A stretch of DNA of 64,000 bases, from positions 1-64,000 of the forward strand of contig CAZNUA010000010.1 of the NCBI GenBank assembly GCA_964576115.1, given 5' to 3'. This DNA is from an uncultured Gemmatimonadota bacterium (GTDB lineage Bacteria; Blakebacterota; Blakebacteria; Blakebacterales; Blakebacteraceae). Shown here in pieces: positions 19,899 to 28,992 of this stretch. How positions within the stretch are numbered: position 1 is the stretch's first letter; each line of letters opens with the position of its first letter. A program made the translations under genes and the position numbers. The notes beneath the pieces were generated by a model, which worked only from the letters and a program-made list of their open reading frames with translations, was not told the DNA's origin and did not search any database.

Positions 19899-20837
19899 AT
19901 GACCGCAATGCTGGTGATCGGCGGTATTGCCCTGCTCTGGATCGGCGGTGAGCTGCTGATCCGAGGATCGGTCCGTCTGGCCGCCACTCTCGGCGTGCGT
20001 CCGCTCATCATCGGGCTCACGGTGGTGGCTTTCGGCACCTCCAGCCCGGAACTGGCCGCCTCGCTGGTCGCCGCCCTGGCGAATACCCACGATATGGTGC
20101 TCGGTAACGTCGTCGGCTCGAACATTCTCAATATCGCTCTGATTCTGGGACTGACCGGTCTGCTTTACCCCCTGGCGACCAACGGTTCCCTGCTGCGCCG
20201 GGAGATACCGGTCATGCTCGGAGCCGGATTGCTCCTGTTCGGGATACTCGCCAACGGCGCTATCGGGCGCTGGGAGGGTGGTGTCCTCTTCGGACTGCTC
20301 TGCATCTATCTGGTCGTCCTCTACCGCGACCGCCGCGAGGGCGACCGTCCCGAAGAGTTGGCGGTCCCGGTACCTCTGCGTTCGGGGCGGCCGGGTCTGG
20401 CTGTACTGCAGGTGATCGTGGGGATCGTGACTCTGACCCTGGGAGCGCGCTGGCTGGTGAACGGCGCCCGCGAGGTCGCTCTCGCCTGGGGAATTACGGA
20501 TCGGATCATCGGTCTGACGATCGTGGCCTTCGGTACCAGCCTGCCCGAACTGGTGAGCGCTTTGATCGCGGCACTCCGTCAGGAAGCCGATCTGGTGCTC
20601 GGCAACCTGGTCGGATCGAGTATCTTCAACGTTCTCGCCATTCTGGGACTGACTGCCCTGGTCCGGCCGATCGCGGTCGATCCCGGGCCGGTCATACTCG
20701 ATCTGGCCCTCATGACCGGTATCGGGGCCGTCGCCTGGCTGCTGCTGGCAACCAGGCGGAGAATGGAGCGGTGGGAGGGGGGGGTGCTCCTGGCTCTTTT
20801 CGCTCTCTATGTGATGTATCTCTTCGTTGTGAAATAG
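19899..20837 (+). CDS. Calcium/sodium antiporter (YrbG family)
   Basis: Duplicated alpha repeats GTSSPE/GTSLPE and GNVVGSN/GNLVGSS. Confidence 0.93.
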   Translation: MTAMLVIGGIALLWIGGELLIRGSVRLAATLGVRPLIIGLTVVAFGTSSPELAASLVAALANTHDMVLGNVVGSNILNIALILGLTGLLYPLATNGSLLRREIPVMLGAGLLLFGILANGAIGRWEGGVLFGLLCIYLVVLYRDRREGDRPEELAVPVPLRSGRPGLAVLQVIVGIVTLTLGARWLVNGAREVALAWGITDRIIGLTIVAFGTSLPELVSALIAALRQEADLVLGNLVGSSIFNVLAILGLTALVRPIAVDPGPVILDLALMTGIGAVAWLLLATRRRMERWEGGVLLALFALYVMYLFVVK

Positions 20838-20859
20838 TGCTTTTCTCGAAAGAGCATCA

Positions 20860-23800
20860 TTAAAAGAGGAGGGTAAACAGCAGCTCGCGGTTCCGCTCGC
20901 CACCCCCCGACCAGGGATTCTTCCGGTACCAGGCGTATTCGACCACGAAAGGCAGGGCCAGAGTGAGCCGCAAACTGGTACCCCTCGAGCCGAGTGGTCC
21001 GACCTTCTCGCCATCCCAGCGGGCTTCGGCCCCTTCTGCGAAGAACACCAGCTGCACCGGCCAGCCGCGCTGTTCGAACATGCGGATCGGCTTGATCTGC
21101 ATCAGTTCCAGCAGCTGCAGGCGCAGCTCGGTGTTGTACAGGGTGTAGGAGGAACCGTACATGTCGTACAGGTTCCAGAAGCCGCGCAGGAAAAAACCCC
21201 CGCCGAGGAAGAAGATTTCAGGTTCCAGGCCGGTGCTGTGACCGCCCGCCACCCGGCCGGCGGCGACGATGTAACGATGCAGGGGGAAGTAGCCGCGCAG
21301 ATCGGCCAGCAGGTAGCGGTTGAAGGTCGTCAGCCCGCCCTCGGTGTTGAAAATGTAGTTGTAATAAGCGCTGAAAACCCAGCCCTTGTGCGGCCCCTGC
21401 GGGCTCCAGGTCGAGAGATCGCGGGTGTAGCCGATACCGAATTCGAACTGATCGTATTCCACGCTGCCCAGAATCGTCCCCTGGTGGCGTCGCTCGGTGG
21501 CTACCCCGGCCAGCAGGTCGAGGTCGCTGAACTGATTGAAGGGCAGGTTGATCTGGGCCGTGACGCCGGCTCGCTCCCTGAAGTAGAACTGCTGCCGGGC
21601 CCAGTTGTAGTAGATCCCGTCGGTGCGGTACACCGCCGCGCCCATCTTGATCCGGTTCTTCTGGTTCCAGTAGCTGGCGATCCACGACAGATCTGTGATC
21701 CCGCTGCGGGGTCCGTCCCAGACCGCCGCTCCGAGCTGATGGTTGCCGAGGATGTCGCTGAAGCTCACGGTGGTCCCGAACTGGCTGGCGTTGTAGCCGC
21801 GGTAGCCGCCGAACTCGCTGTAGGCATAGAACTGGTCGATGCTGTAGGCCGGCCGGTAGGTATCGCTCTCGAGTCCTTCTGCAGCCAGGATATCGGCGGT
21901 TGCGGACCGCTCCGGTTCCCAGGTCCGGTTCACGGCTTCCAGCCGGATCGCGCTGCGCGGCAGACTGCCCGATCTGACCGAAGGGTCGGGTGTCTGCCCG
22001 CCCGGATTCGGCAGGTCTGTCAGGGGCAGCAGGTAGAGCCGGTACTCCTCGTCATCGAATCCCGAGAAAATGAGCAGTTCCGAACTCACCGGCGCCGGTG
22101 TAAATGCACCCAGGGTGACGTCGGTGACGGGTTCGGGGTCGCCTTCGGGGCGCCAGCGGTACAGGTTGTTGACCCCGGTGTAATCGGACTGGAAAAAGAG
22201 CTGTGAACCGTCGGGCGAGAAAGCCGGACTCAATTCGTTGCCTGTGCCGTCGGTGAGCTGAACCAGTTCGTCCGTATCGAGGTCGAGGGTGAACAGGTGG
22301 TAGGCGAAAGTCGTCGGCGGGCTGGCCCGATCGGAGGCGAAAACCACCCGGTCGTCGTGGACGACCGGCATGCGGTCGCTGGCCAGATCGTGGGTCAGTC
22401 GCCGCCCGAGCCGGCCGGAGTCGATGTCGGCCAGGTAGAGGTCCTGATAGCCGTCAAGCCCGAGTCCCGAGAAAATGATCGTCGAACTCGAATCGGTAAA
22501 ACGTACGCCGGTCAAAGCCACGATCCCGTACGGCTCGGGATCGAAGATGAGCTTCCGCCTCGACCGCAGGTGCAACTCTCCGTCGGGGGCGCGTTCGATA
22601 TCCTCGGCGTAGACCACGTCACGGTCCCGCAGCTGGGCGGTATAGATGACCCGGTAGAGATTGTCTCCGAGGTGCCGGATATCGCCTCCCTCGGTGAGGA
22701 TATGGATGCTCTCGATCTCGGGTGTGTTTTCTCGTGCCAGCCGTATCTGACGGCCGCTCTCAAGATCGATGACCTGGATGGTGAAGTAGAGTTCGTCGTG
22801 CAGGGTCTTGGAAAGAACCAGTCGCCCGTCGTCGGAGATTGTCGGCCACAGTTCGGGCGCCGAGTCGCCGATCGTTTCCAGATCCCTGACCCGGAACCGT
22901 CCCTCCATCCACGGTTCCCAATAGGCCCGGGAGTCGGCCTGCCAGCGTTCGGTCAGATCGGCGACGGTGGTTTCGAACCACCACTCCATGAGCCGATCGA
23001 AGCTCAGCAGACGGTAGGCTTCCCGCTCGTACTGGCGACGGGCCCTGTGGACGTTCTCCTCGATCGACTCGCCGTTGAAAGAAAACAGCAACCCGGTGTC
23101 GGGCCGGTAGGCAGCCGGTCGGCCGGCATCGGTTTCGACGAGCCGGTACCAGGTTCCCCCCAGTTCGATGTTTTCGGCCTCGGACGCCAGGTCGGTTACC
23201 GCCCGGCCGGCGATCGAATCGATCAGGGTTCCGTCGAGCCGGGCGCGCCAGCCCGTTGTCGTCAGCTCGACCGGGTAGTCGGTGCCGGCGACGTTGATGA
23301 AAGGCGGGTCGATCAGAGCCAGGCCGGGATTCAGGGGATCCCAACTGGCGTCGGAGCGGCGCCGGAAGAGACTGTAGGAGTTCCGGTTGGGATACTGGTG
23401 GTGCCACAGGGAGAGCATCTCGTGCAGGTGCCCCGGTCCCCGCTGGGCGCTGAGGTACTGCACCAGGGCATGACCGAACTTGTATGCTTTGCGCCAGTCG
23501 GGATACAGGCGCATTTCCCGGACAGTCGGGAAACTGTCGTTCAGAAGAGCGTCCCGAACGTACATCTCGGTCTCGATATCGAGCCGGTACTCACCGGTCA
23601 CCGGATCGCGGCCGATCGATTCGTACTCGGCCAGACCCTCGCTGAACCAGAGAGTAGGCAGCAGGCGCGAGAGATCGTTCACCCCCTTCTCTTTATATAA
23701 ATGCTTGAGCTTGTGGATCATGTGGATGTGGGTGTTCTCGTGCTCGAGCACGTGGCGGAAGTCCTGGTTGTTGCCCTGATAAGGGAAAACCACCCGACCC

Positions 23801-24312
23801 TTGATGAATTCGGTGAAACCGAGCAATCCCTCGGCGATGGGCTGGGGAATGGTATTGGTCTGTTCGAAGGTGTGATGCGAGGTGTAGATGACCGTGGGAA
23901 TCGTCTTGTCACGGGTGAACTGCTGCAGGTCGTAATTGAAGACCGCTTGAAGCAGGCTGTCGTTCACCACCATCATGCGGGCCGCCAGGCGGGCGATCGG
24001 TTCGGCCTCGGCGTAGTAGTACAGGGTCGTGCTCGGCAGTTCGGTTACCTGCCACTGCAGATCCCACCAGTTGACCTTGTTGCGTCGCCAGGTGAACATG
24101 AGCGGCCAGCGATCGTCGAGCGTCGGGGCGGCTGCCGGCGAGTGCGGCTGCGGTTGAAGAAGACGGCCGGTCGGGCTGCCGGGGGCGACGATCTGAGCCT
24201 CGACCGCCGGGAGCCCCGGGGTCGGAACCAGAGTCGAACTCAAGGCCATCGTGACGATACAGGCCAATACGGAATGTCTGCGGAAATCTGTCTTTGACAT
24301 CGAGTTTGTCAT
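20860..24312 (-). CDS. Large exported protein: gluzincin metallopeptidase domain + TolB/PD40 propeller + Omp85-like barrel
   Basis: HENTH...WFSEGLAEY; PD40-like repeats (SPAFSPDGSQLFF, VVFASDR); C-terminal DLRGY, FFLGG..LRGF and terminal Phe. GAGGAGG RBS before ATG 24312. Confidence 0.8.
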   Translation of the reverse strand: MTNSMSKTDFRRHSVLACIVTMALSSTLVPTPGLPAVEAQIVAPGSPTGRLLQPQPHSPAAAPTLDDRWPLMFTWRRNKVNWWDLQWQVTELPSTTLYYYAEAEPIARLAARMMVVNDSLLQAVFNYDLQQFTRDKTIPTVIYTSHHTFEQTNTIPQPIAEGLLGFTEFIKGRVVFPYQGNNQDFRHVLEHENTHIHMIHKLKHLYKEKGVNDLSRLLPTLWFSEGLAEYESIGRDPVTGEYRLDIETEMYVRDALLNDSFPTVREMRLYPDWRKAYKFGHALVQYLSAQRGPGHLHEMLSLWHHQYPNRNSYSLFRRRSDASWDPLNPGLALIDPPFINVAGTDYPVELTTTGWRARLDGTLIDSIAGRAVTDLASEAENIELGGTWYRLVETDAGRPAAYRPDTGLLFSFNGESIEENVHRARRQYEREAYRLLSFDRLMEWWFETTVADLTERWQADSRAYWEPWMEGRFRVRDLETIGDSAPELWPTISDDGRLVLSKTLHDELYFTIQVIDLESGRQIRLARENTPEIESIHILTEGGDIRHLGDNLYRVIYTAQLRDRDVVYAEDIERAPDGELHLRSRRKLIFDPEPYGIVALTGVRFTDSSSTIIFSGLGLDGYQDLYLADIDSGRLGRRLTHDLASDRMPVVHDDRVVFASDRASPPTTFAYHLFTLDLDTDELVQLTDGTGNELSPAFSPDGSQLFFQSDYTGVNNLYRWRPEGDPEPVTDVTLGAFTPAPVSSELLIFSGFDDEEYRLYLLPLTDLPNPGGQTPDPSVRSGSLPRSAIRLEAVNRTWEPERSATADILAAEGLESDTYRPAYSIDQFYAYSEFGGYRGYNASQFGTTVSFSDILGNHQLGAAVWDGPRSGITDLSWIASYWNQKNRIKMGAAVYRTDGIYYNWARQQFYFRERAGVTAQINLPFNQFSDLDLLAGVATERRHQGTILGSVEYDQFEFGIGYTRDLSTWSPQGPHKGWVFSAYYNYIFNTEGGLTTFNRYLLADLRGYFPLHRYIVAAGRVAGGHSTGLEPEIFFLGGGFFLRGFWNLYDMYGSSYTLYNTELRLQLLELMQIKPIRMFEQRGWPVQLVFFAEGAEARWDGEKVGPLGSRGTSLRLTLALPFVVEYAWYRKNPWSGGGERNRELLFTLLF

Positions 24313-24468
24313 TTGTCCGCCATCCTCCTCACCAGCACGTCCACCCACCGGTCGGGAATCGGAATTCCGTTCGTTCAGATAACGGCTGTGCAGGCTATTC
24401 CATTTACATACCGGTGGACTCCATGCTACGAATATCGTTCCGTATGCGCGGTAAGGTGAGGTCAGCCC

Positions 24469-24585
24469 GTGTCTGGATCCGAAGATGAACGGCGAGTGCG
24501 CCGGGTGCGCCGGTTGGGGACGGTGTTCTATATCCTCGGCCTGACGGGACTGATGGCCTGCATCATTCTGCTCTTTACCCTCTGA
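24469..24585 (+). CDS. Small 38-aa single-TM protein (below ORF-track cutoff)
   Basis: GTG start after TAAGGTGAGG; MSGSEDERRVRRVRRLGTVFYILGLTGLMACIILLFTL*. Confidence 0.55.
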   Translation: MSGSEDERRVRRVRRLGTVFYILGLTGLMACIILLFTL

Positions 24586-25330
24586 CATCGGTCTTTCGGA
24601 GCACCTCCATGGCTGCCGAATAGCCTTCGGAAATCAATTCATCAGAGTGACGCAGGTCGGCCGAGTTGTAGGTGTGGGTGTGTGGGGTGATCAGCAGATC
24701 GGCCTTCTCGCGCTCGCCGGAGAGCGCCAGGCTGACCATGAGGGTCATCGACCTGATCATGACGTCGAAGATGTGATCGGGGGTGGGGTGGGAACCGGGA
24801 GTGAGCAGGTCCGAGGCCACGACCGGCCCGACCTCGAGTCCGCGGGCCAGGCTGACTGGCAGGTTGCTCACGATCCCGCCGTCGACGAGCACGCGACCCT
24901 CATGCTCGATCGGACGGAAGAGCCCGGGTACGGCACAGCTCGCCGCTACCGCCAGATCGACCGGCCCGGACGAGAAGATGACCGCCTCGCCCGCGGCCAG
25001 GTCGGTGGCGACGATCCGTAGCGGGATCGGTGCATCGGTCAACTCCACCTCGCCGAGTCGTTCAGTCAGCCACGAGCGGAGCCGGCTCAGGGAGAGCAGG
25101 CCGAGTCCGGGGGGCACCAGGCGGACCAGATCGGGCCACGAAATCTCGCGGGCCAGGTCATCGAGTTCGTCAGTATCCACCCCGAAGGCGTACAGAGTGC
25201 CCACCAGCGAGCCGGCACTGGTACCGGCCAGACCGGCGATCTCGAAGCCTGTTTCTTCCAGGGCCCGCAGAACCCCGATGTGAGCCGCGCCGTAGGCCGC
25301 TCCGCCCGAGAGTGCCAGAGCGACCCGCAT
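24575..25330 (-). CDS. Patatin-like phospholipase
   Basis: LSGGAAYG..HIG, GTSAG, DGG. Confidence 0.93.
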   Translation of the reverse strand: MRVALALSGGAAYGAAHIGVLRALEETGFEIAGLAGTSAGSLVGTLYAFGVDTDELDDLAREISWPDLVRLVPPGLGLLSLSRLRSWLTERLGEVELTDAPIPLRIVATDLAAGEAVIFSSGPVDLAVAASCAVPGLFRPIEHEGRVLVDGGIVSNLPVSLARGLEVGPVVASDLLTPGSHPTPDHIFDVMIRSMTLMVSLALSGEREKADLLITPHTHTYNSADLRHSDELISEGYSAAMEVLRKTDVRG

Positions 25331-26685
25331 CACCGCAGCCGTTCGTCGAGAAGCATAAGGGCCCCGAGGAGCACATCGGCACAGCAGGCGGCATCGACGG
25401 TTCGGGTGAATTCCGCCGGAGTGTGGCTCAGTCCGCCGACGCTCGGTGCAAAGAGCATCCCCATCGGCGCGATGTCGGCGACCGACTGGGCGTCGTGACC
25501 GGCGCCCGAGGCCATGATCCGCCAGGGATAGGCATAACTTTCGACCGCTTCACGCAGGGCTGTCATGACGACCGGATCGGCGGGCGCAGCTGGAATCGCG
25601 TGAAGCGTTTTCCACTCGACGGTGACCCCTTCCTCGGCGGCGAAGGTTGTGAAAGTGCTTTGCAGGTTCGCCACCGCGCGTTCGAGGACGAGCCGGGAGG
25701 GATCGCGGATATCGATCGTGAATCGCACCTCGGAGGGGATGACGTTGGGAGCGCCCGGCTCGACTCCGACTACGCCGATTGTCGCCACCAGATCGCCGCC
25801 CTGAGCCACGACTTCCTCGCGGACTGCCGCCATCATCCGGGCTGCGGCCGCCATCGGATCATCGCGATCGGCCAACCGGGTCGTTCCGGCATGGTTGGCC
25901 GTGCCGCGCACGATGATCTCGTATTCGTCCAGGGCCACGATCCCCTCCACTATACCGACCTGCAGGCCTTCCCGTTCGAGAACCCGACCCTGTTCGATAT
26001 GGATCTCCAGGTAGGCGGCGATCTCGCCCGTCTCCCGTCGGGCTTCGTCTACCTGCCCGGGATCCAGTCCGAGTTCGCGCAGGGCCTCGTGCAGCGGGCG
26101 GCCGCTGTAGATCTGTTCCAGGTCCTCGTCGGTCACAGTACCGATCCAGCCGCGACTGCCCAACAGTCCGCCCTCCTCATCGCTGAAAGAGACGATCTCG
26201 AGCGGGTGGTCGAGAACGGTTCCGAGGTCGCGCAGACAGTGCACGATCTCCAGTCCGATCATGACGCCGAGGGCTCCGTCGAAACGCCCTCCCTGAGGAA
26301 CACTGTCGAGATGGGAGCCGATCACGATCGGTGCCGCGGCCGGATTCCGCCCCTCGAGACGGCCGATGATATTCCCGATCGCGTCGAGGCGGACGGTGCA
26401 ACCGGCCTCTTCGAGACGGTTCACGAACCACTGCCGGGCTTCCATTTCGGCCGGTGAAAAGGCGGTGCGGTTCACGCCGCCCGTGACCGGATCGCGGCCG
26501 ATCTCGCCGAGGGTGAGAAGGTTCTGTTCGAGCCGGTGCGGGTCGATGTGCAGGCGGCCTTGCTCGTCCCGCCAGGCGCCTCGTGAGTTCTGCTCGGTCA
26601 TCACGGTATTCCTCCCCGTCGGGACAGGATGGTCGACCGTCGGAATAGTGATCAGAAGACAGAGGAGGGCAAGCGCTCGCAACAT
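25330..26685 (-). CDS. M20 Zn-amidohydrolase (N-carbamoyl-L-amino acid/allantoate amidohydrolase family)
   Basis: GSHLDSVP.GG.FDG, DEEG, EIHIEQG, HAGTT, SGAGHDA, SH.PAE. Alternative start at 26601. Confidence 0.92.
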   Translation of the reverse strand: MLRALALLCLLITIPTVDHPVPTGRNTVMTEQNSRGAWRDEQGRLHIDPHRLEQNLLTLGEIGRDPVTGGVNRTAFSPAEMEARQWFVNRLEEAGCTVRLDAIGNIIGRLEGRNPAAAPIVIGSHLDSVPQGGRFDGALGVMIGLEIVHCLRDLGTVLDHPLEIVSFSDEEGGLLGSRGWIGTVTDEDLEQIYSGRPLHEALRELGLDPGQVDEARRETGEIAAYLEIHIEQGRVLEREGLQVGIVEGIVALDEYEIIVRGTANHAGTTRLADRDDPMAAAARMMAAVREEVVAQGGDLVATIGVVGVEPGAPNVIPSEVRFTIDIRDPSRLVLERAVANLQSTFTTFAAEEGVTVEWKTLHAIPAAPADPVVMTALREAVESYAYPWRIMASGAGHDAQSVADIAPMGMLFAPSVGGLSHTPAEFTRTVDAACCADVLLGALMLLDERLR

Positions 26686-26719
26686 CGGTCCTCCAAGTAG
26701 TGAAGGGTTCACATCTCAG

Positions 26720-26799
26720 AAGCTAATCGGGCGGCTTTCGGGGTGTCAACGACCGGCTTGCCGAGGGACCTTGACACTGTCGGATGTCATCGTGAGACT
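26720..26799. promoter_or_regulatory. Back-to-back putative sigma70 promoters
   Basis: Minus strand: TTGACA (26749-26744)-18 nt-TAGCTT. Plus strand: TTGACA (26771-26776)-17 nt-GAGACT. Confidence 0.4.
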
Positions 26800-26874
26800 G
26801 AGAAAGGACAGGACCGGAGATGCCGGGCAGATGAAGGGGGCCCGGGGCTGGAGCGAGGCCGGGGAGGTCATGAT

Positions 26875-27273
26875 ATGCGCGCATGGCGGTGGGGAACGAT
26901 CATCGGGCTGCTGCTGGCGATCGGGATAGCGGGCGGATGTGTCCGGCGGGTCTGGGAAGCCCCCGGGCTGCGCCCCGGCAGTCCCTGGACCGTGAGCAGC
27001 GACATGCGGGTGGAAACCTTTGAATTCGGGGAGCATGTCGTTCGTTCCTTCCGCATGGAGATATCCGATACCAATCGTCGCCGCTATCAGTTCGTCGTCC
27101 ACAATCAGACGGAACACGAGGTCGATTTCACCCTCGATATGACCTCCACCGGTCTCTGGGAACTGGTGGAACGTCGTCCCGACGGCATCTCGGTCACGCG
27201 TCAGAGCTGGGAGCAGGAACCGGCGTACGCGACGGTCAAGGCCGCTGTCATCAGACTCCTGGGAGGTTCGTGA
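26875..27273 (+). CDS. Hypothetical lipoprotein
   Basis: GGAGG RBS; MRAWRWGTIIGLLLAIGIAGGC lipobox-like signal. Confidence 0.65.
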   Translation: MRAWRWGTIIGLLLAIGIAGGCVRRVWEAPGLRPGSPWTVSSDMRVETFEFGEHVVRSFRMEISDTNRRRYQFVVHNQTEHEVDFTLDMTSTGLWELVERRPDGISVTRQSWEQEPAYATVKAAVIRLLGGS

Positions 27274-27767
27274 TGCGCTTTCGTCTCATCTCGACCGCCG
27301 TGATTCTGGCCGGCTTTCTGGCCATCAACATCCTTTTCAACGACCAGGGGCAGAACCGCATCCTGGGAGAGCTGGATACGCCGGCCCGGGTCGGCTCCGG
27401 TGAAACCACCCACGATCCGCGCCTGGCCGGTGAGATCGAGACCCTGGGTCGCATGCGGGCGATGCTCGACACCCTCGACGCTCTCGGCGTGCAGGTCGAG
27501 AGCGCGGTGAACCTGCGCAACGAGTATCGGGCGCACATCGACCATCTCGAACGATTGCGCATCTCCTATTTTCTGAGCCAGGTCCTCTGGCGGCAGACTC
27601 TGGCGAACCTGATCTGGGGGGTAGTGGCTGCGCTCGGTCTCCTGCCGCTCGGGAGCGTTCTCGACCGGCGCTGGCAGATCCAGCCGGTCCCCGCGTCATC
27701 CCGCGATACGGGCGGGGATGGTGGCACTTCGACCGCTGGATCACATCCGACCCGACCATCCGATTGA
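27273..27767 (+). CDS. Hypothetical membrane protein
   Basis: Two hydrophobic segments; TGATG coupling with the genes on both sides. Confidence 0.6.
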   Translation: MRFRLISTAVILAGFLAINILFNDQGQNRILGELDTPARVGSGETTHDPRLAGEIETLGRMRAMLDTLDALGVQVESAVNLRNEYRAHIDHLERLRISYFLSQVLWRQTLANLIWGVVAALGLLPLGSVLDRRWQIQPVPASSRDTGGDGGTSTAGSHPTRPSD

Positions 27768-28765
27768 TGAGTCCCCTGCGCAAGATCGGTCTGCTCTTGC
27801 TGCTCATCGTGGCGATCTTTGCCGTGGGTACGGTGGGGTACATGATCGTGGAGGGAGCGGCCTTTCTCGACGCTCTCTACATGACGGCCATCACTCTGGC
27901 GTCGGTCGGTTATCGCGAGGTCGTCCCCCTCGGGCCCGGCGGCCAGGTCTTCACGATCATGCTGATCTCACTGGGGGTCGGCACCATCACTTTCAGCATC
28001 TACACGATCGGGGCGATCGTGGTCGAGGGGCAGGTCCGCAAGATCCTCGGGAGGAGACAGGTGGAACGTCAGATCCGCACCCTGAAAGATCATTACATTA
28101 TCTGCGGGTTCGGGCGGATGGGCCGGGTCCTGGCCCAGCAGCTGGACCGGGAGAAGGTACCCTTCGTGGTGGTGGAGAAAGAGGAGGAGAAGCTGCAGCT
28201 TCTGGCTGCCGGCGACTATCTCCTCGTTACCGGTGACGCCACCTCCGAAGAAGCCCTCGAGGCGGCTAATATCCGGCAGGCCCGGGGTCTGGTCTCGGCG
28301 GTCTCCTCCGATGCCGACAACCTTTTTGTGACCCTCACCGCCCGGGGGATGAACCCCGAGCTATTCATTCTCGCCCGCTCCCACGACGAGCGAAGCGAGG
28401 GCAAATTGTTGCTGGCCGGTGCCAACCGGGTGGTCGATCCCTTCCGGCTGGGAGGCCTGCGCCTGGCCCACGCCATTCTCCGCCCGGCGGTGGTGGAGTT
28501 CGTGGAACTGGCAACCCATCGTGCCCATCTCGAACTCGAGATGGAGGAGGTCCGTATCGGGCCCCGGAGCGTTCTCCTCGATCAAACCCTGCGCGATTCG
28601 CATCTGCGCAGCCGCTATGGACTCATGGTTGTGGCCATCAAGCGCTCCGACGGCACGATGGTATTCGCTCCGGCCCCCGATGAGGTCATCAGGCAGGGCG
28701 ATACCCTCATCACCATCGGCAAGCAGGAGAGTCAGCTGAAACTCGAAGAAGCCGCCGACGCTTAG
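27767..28765 (+). CDS. 2-TM potassium channel with RCK (TrkA-N/TrkA-C) domains
   Basis: FLDALY..ITLASVGY pore helix, HYIICGFGRMG, GDAT, C-terminal TrkA-C. Confidence 0.92.
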   Translation: MSPLRKIGLLLLLIVAIFAVGTVGYMIVEGAAFLDALYMTAITLASVGYREVVPLGPGGQVFTIMLISLGVGTITFSIYTIGAIVVEGQVRKILGRRQVERQIRTLKDHYIICGFGRMGRVLAQQLDREKVPFVVVEKEEEKLQLLAAGDYLLVTGDATSEEALEAANIRQARGLVSAVSSDADNLFVTLTARGMNPELFILARSHDERSEGKLLLAGANRVVDPFRLGGLRLAHAILRPAVVEFVELATHRAHLELEMEEVRIGPRSVLLDQTLRDSHLRSRYGLMVVAIKRSDGTMVFAPAPDEVIRQGDTLITIGKQESQLKLEEAADA

Positions 28766-28926
28766 TACACCGCTTCGTAAATACGGTAACGTATCGAGAG
28801 GGCCGAGGCGTCCAGCCGGCAAGGCGCGAGGAGGAGCAATAGCGGTGTCTATTGCGACGACGAGCAACACCGCAGGGTGGAATGCATCGGCCCTCGAATG
28901 CGAGCGTAATTGCGAAGCGGTGTACT
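28764..28926. repeat. 163-bp palindromic MITE/REP-like element
   Basis: Perfect 14-bp terminal inverted repeat AGTACACCGCTTCG/CGAAGCGGTGTACT; inner arms GAGGGCCGA/TCGGCCCTC; apical GCAATAG-6 nt-CTATTGC. Confidence 0.85.
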
Positions 28927-28992
28927 CAGGTCGGTTCCTGACACCTGTTCGACATCGCCGGGCTGCGAGGCTGTGGTCCCGGTCGGTCCCGG

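Noticed and set aside
24313-24588. 92-aa N-terminal extension of the 1242-aa ORF
   Set aside because: A strong RBS and signal peptide start at 24312; the extension is better explained by the opposite-strand small ORF.
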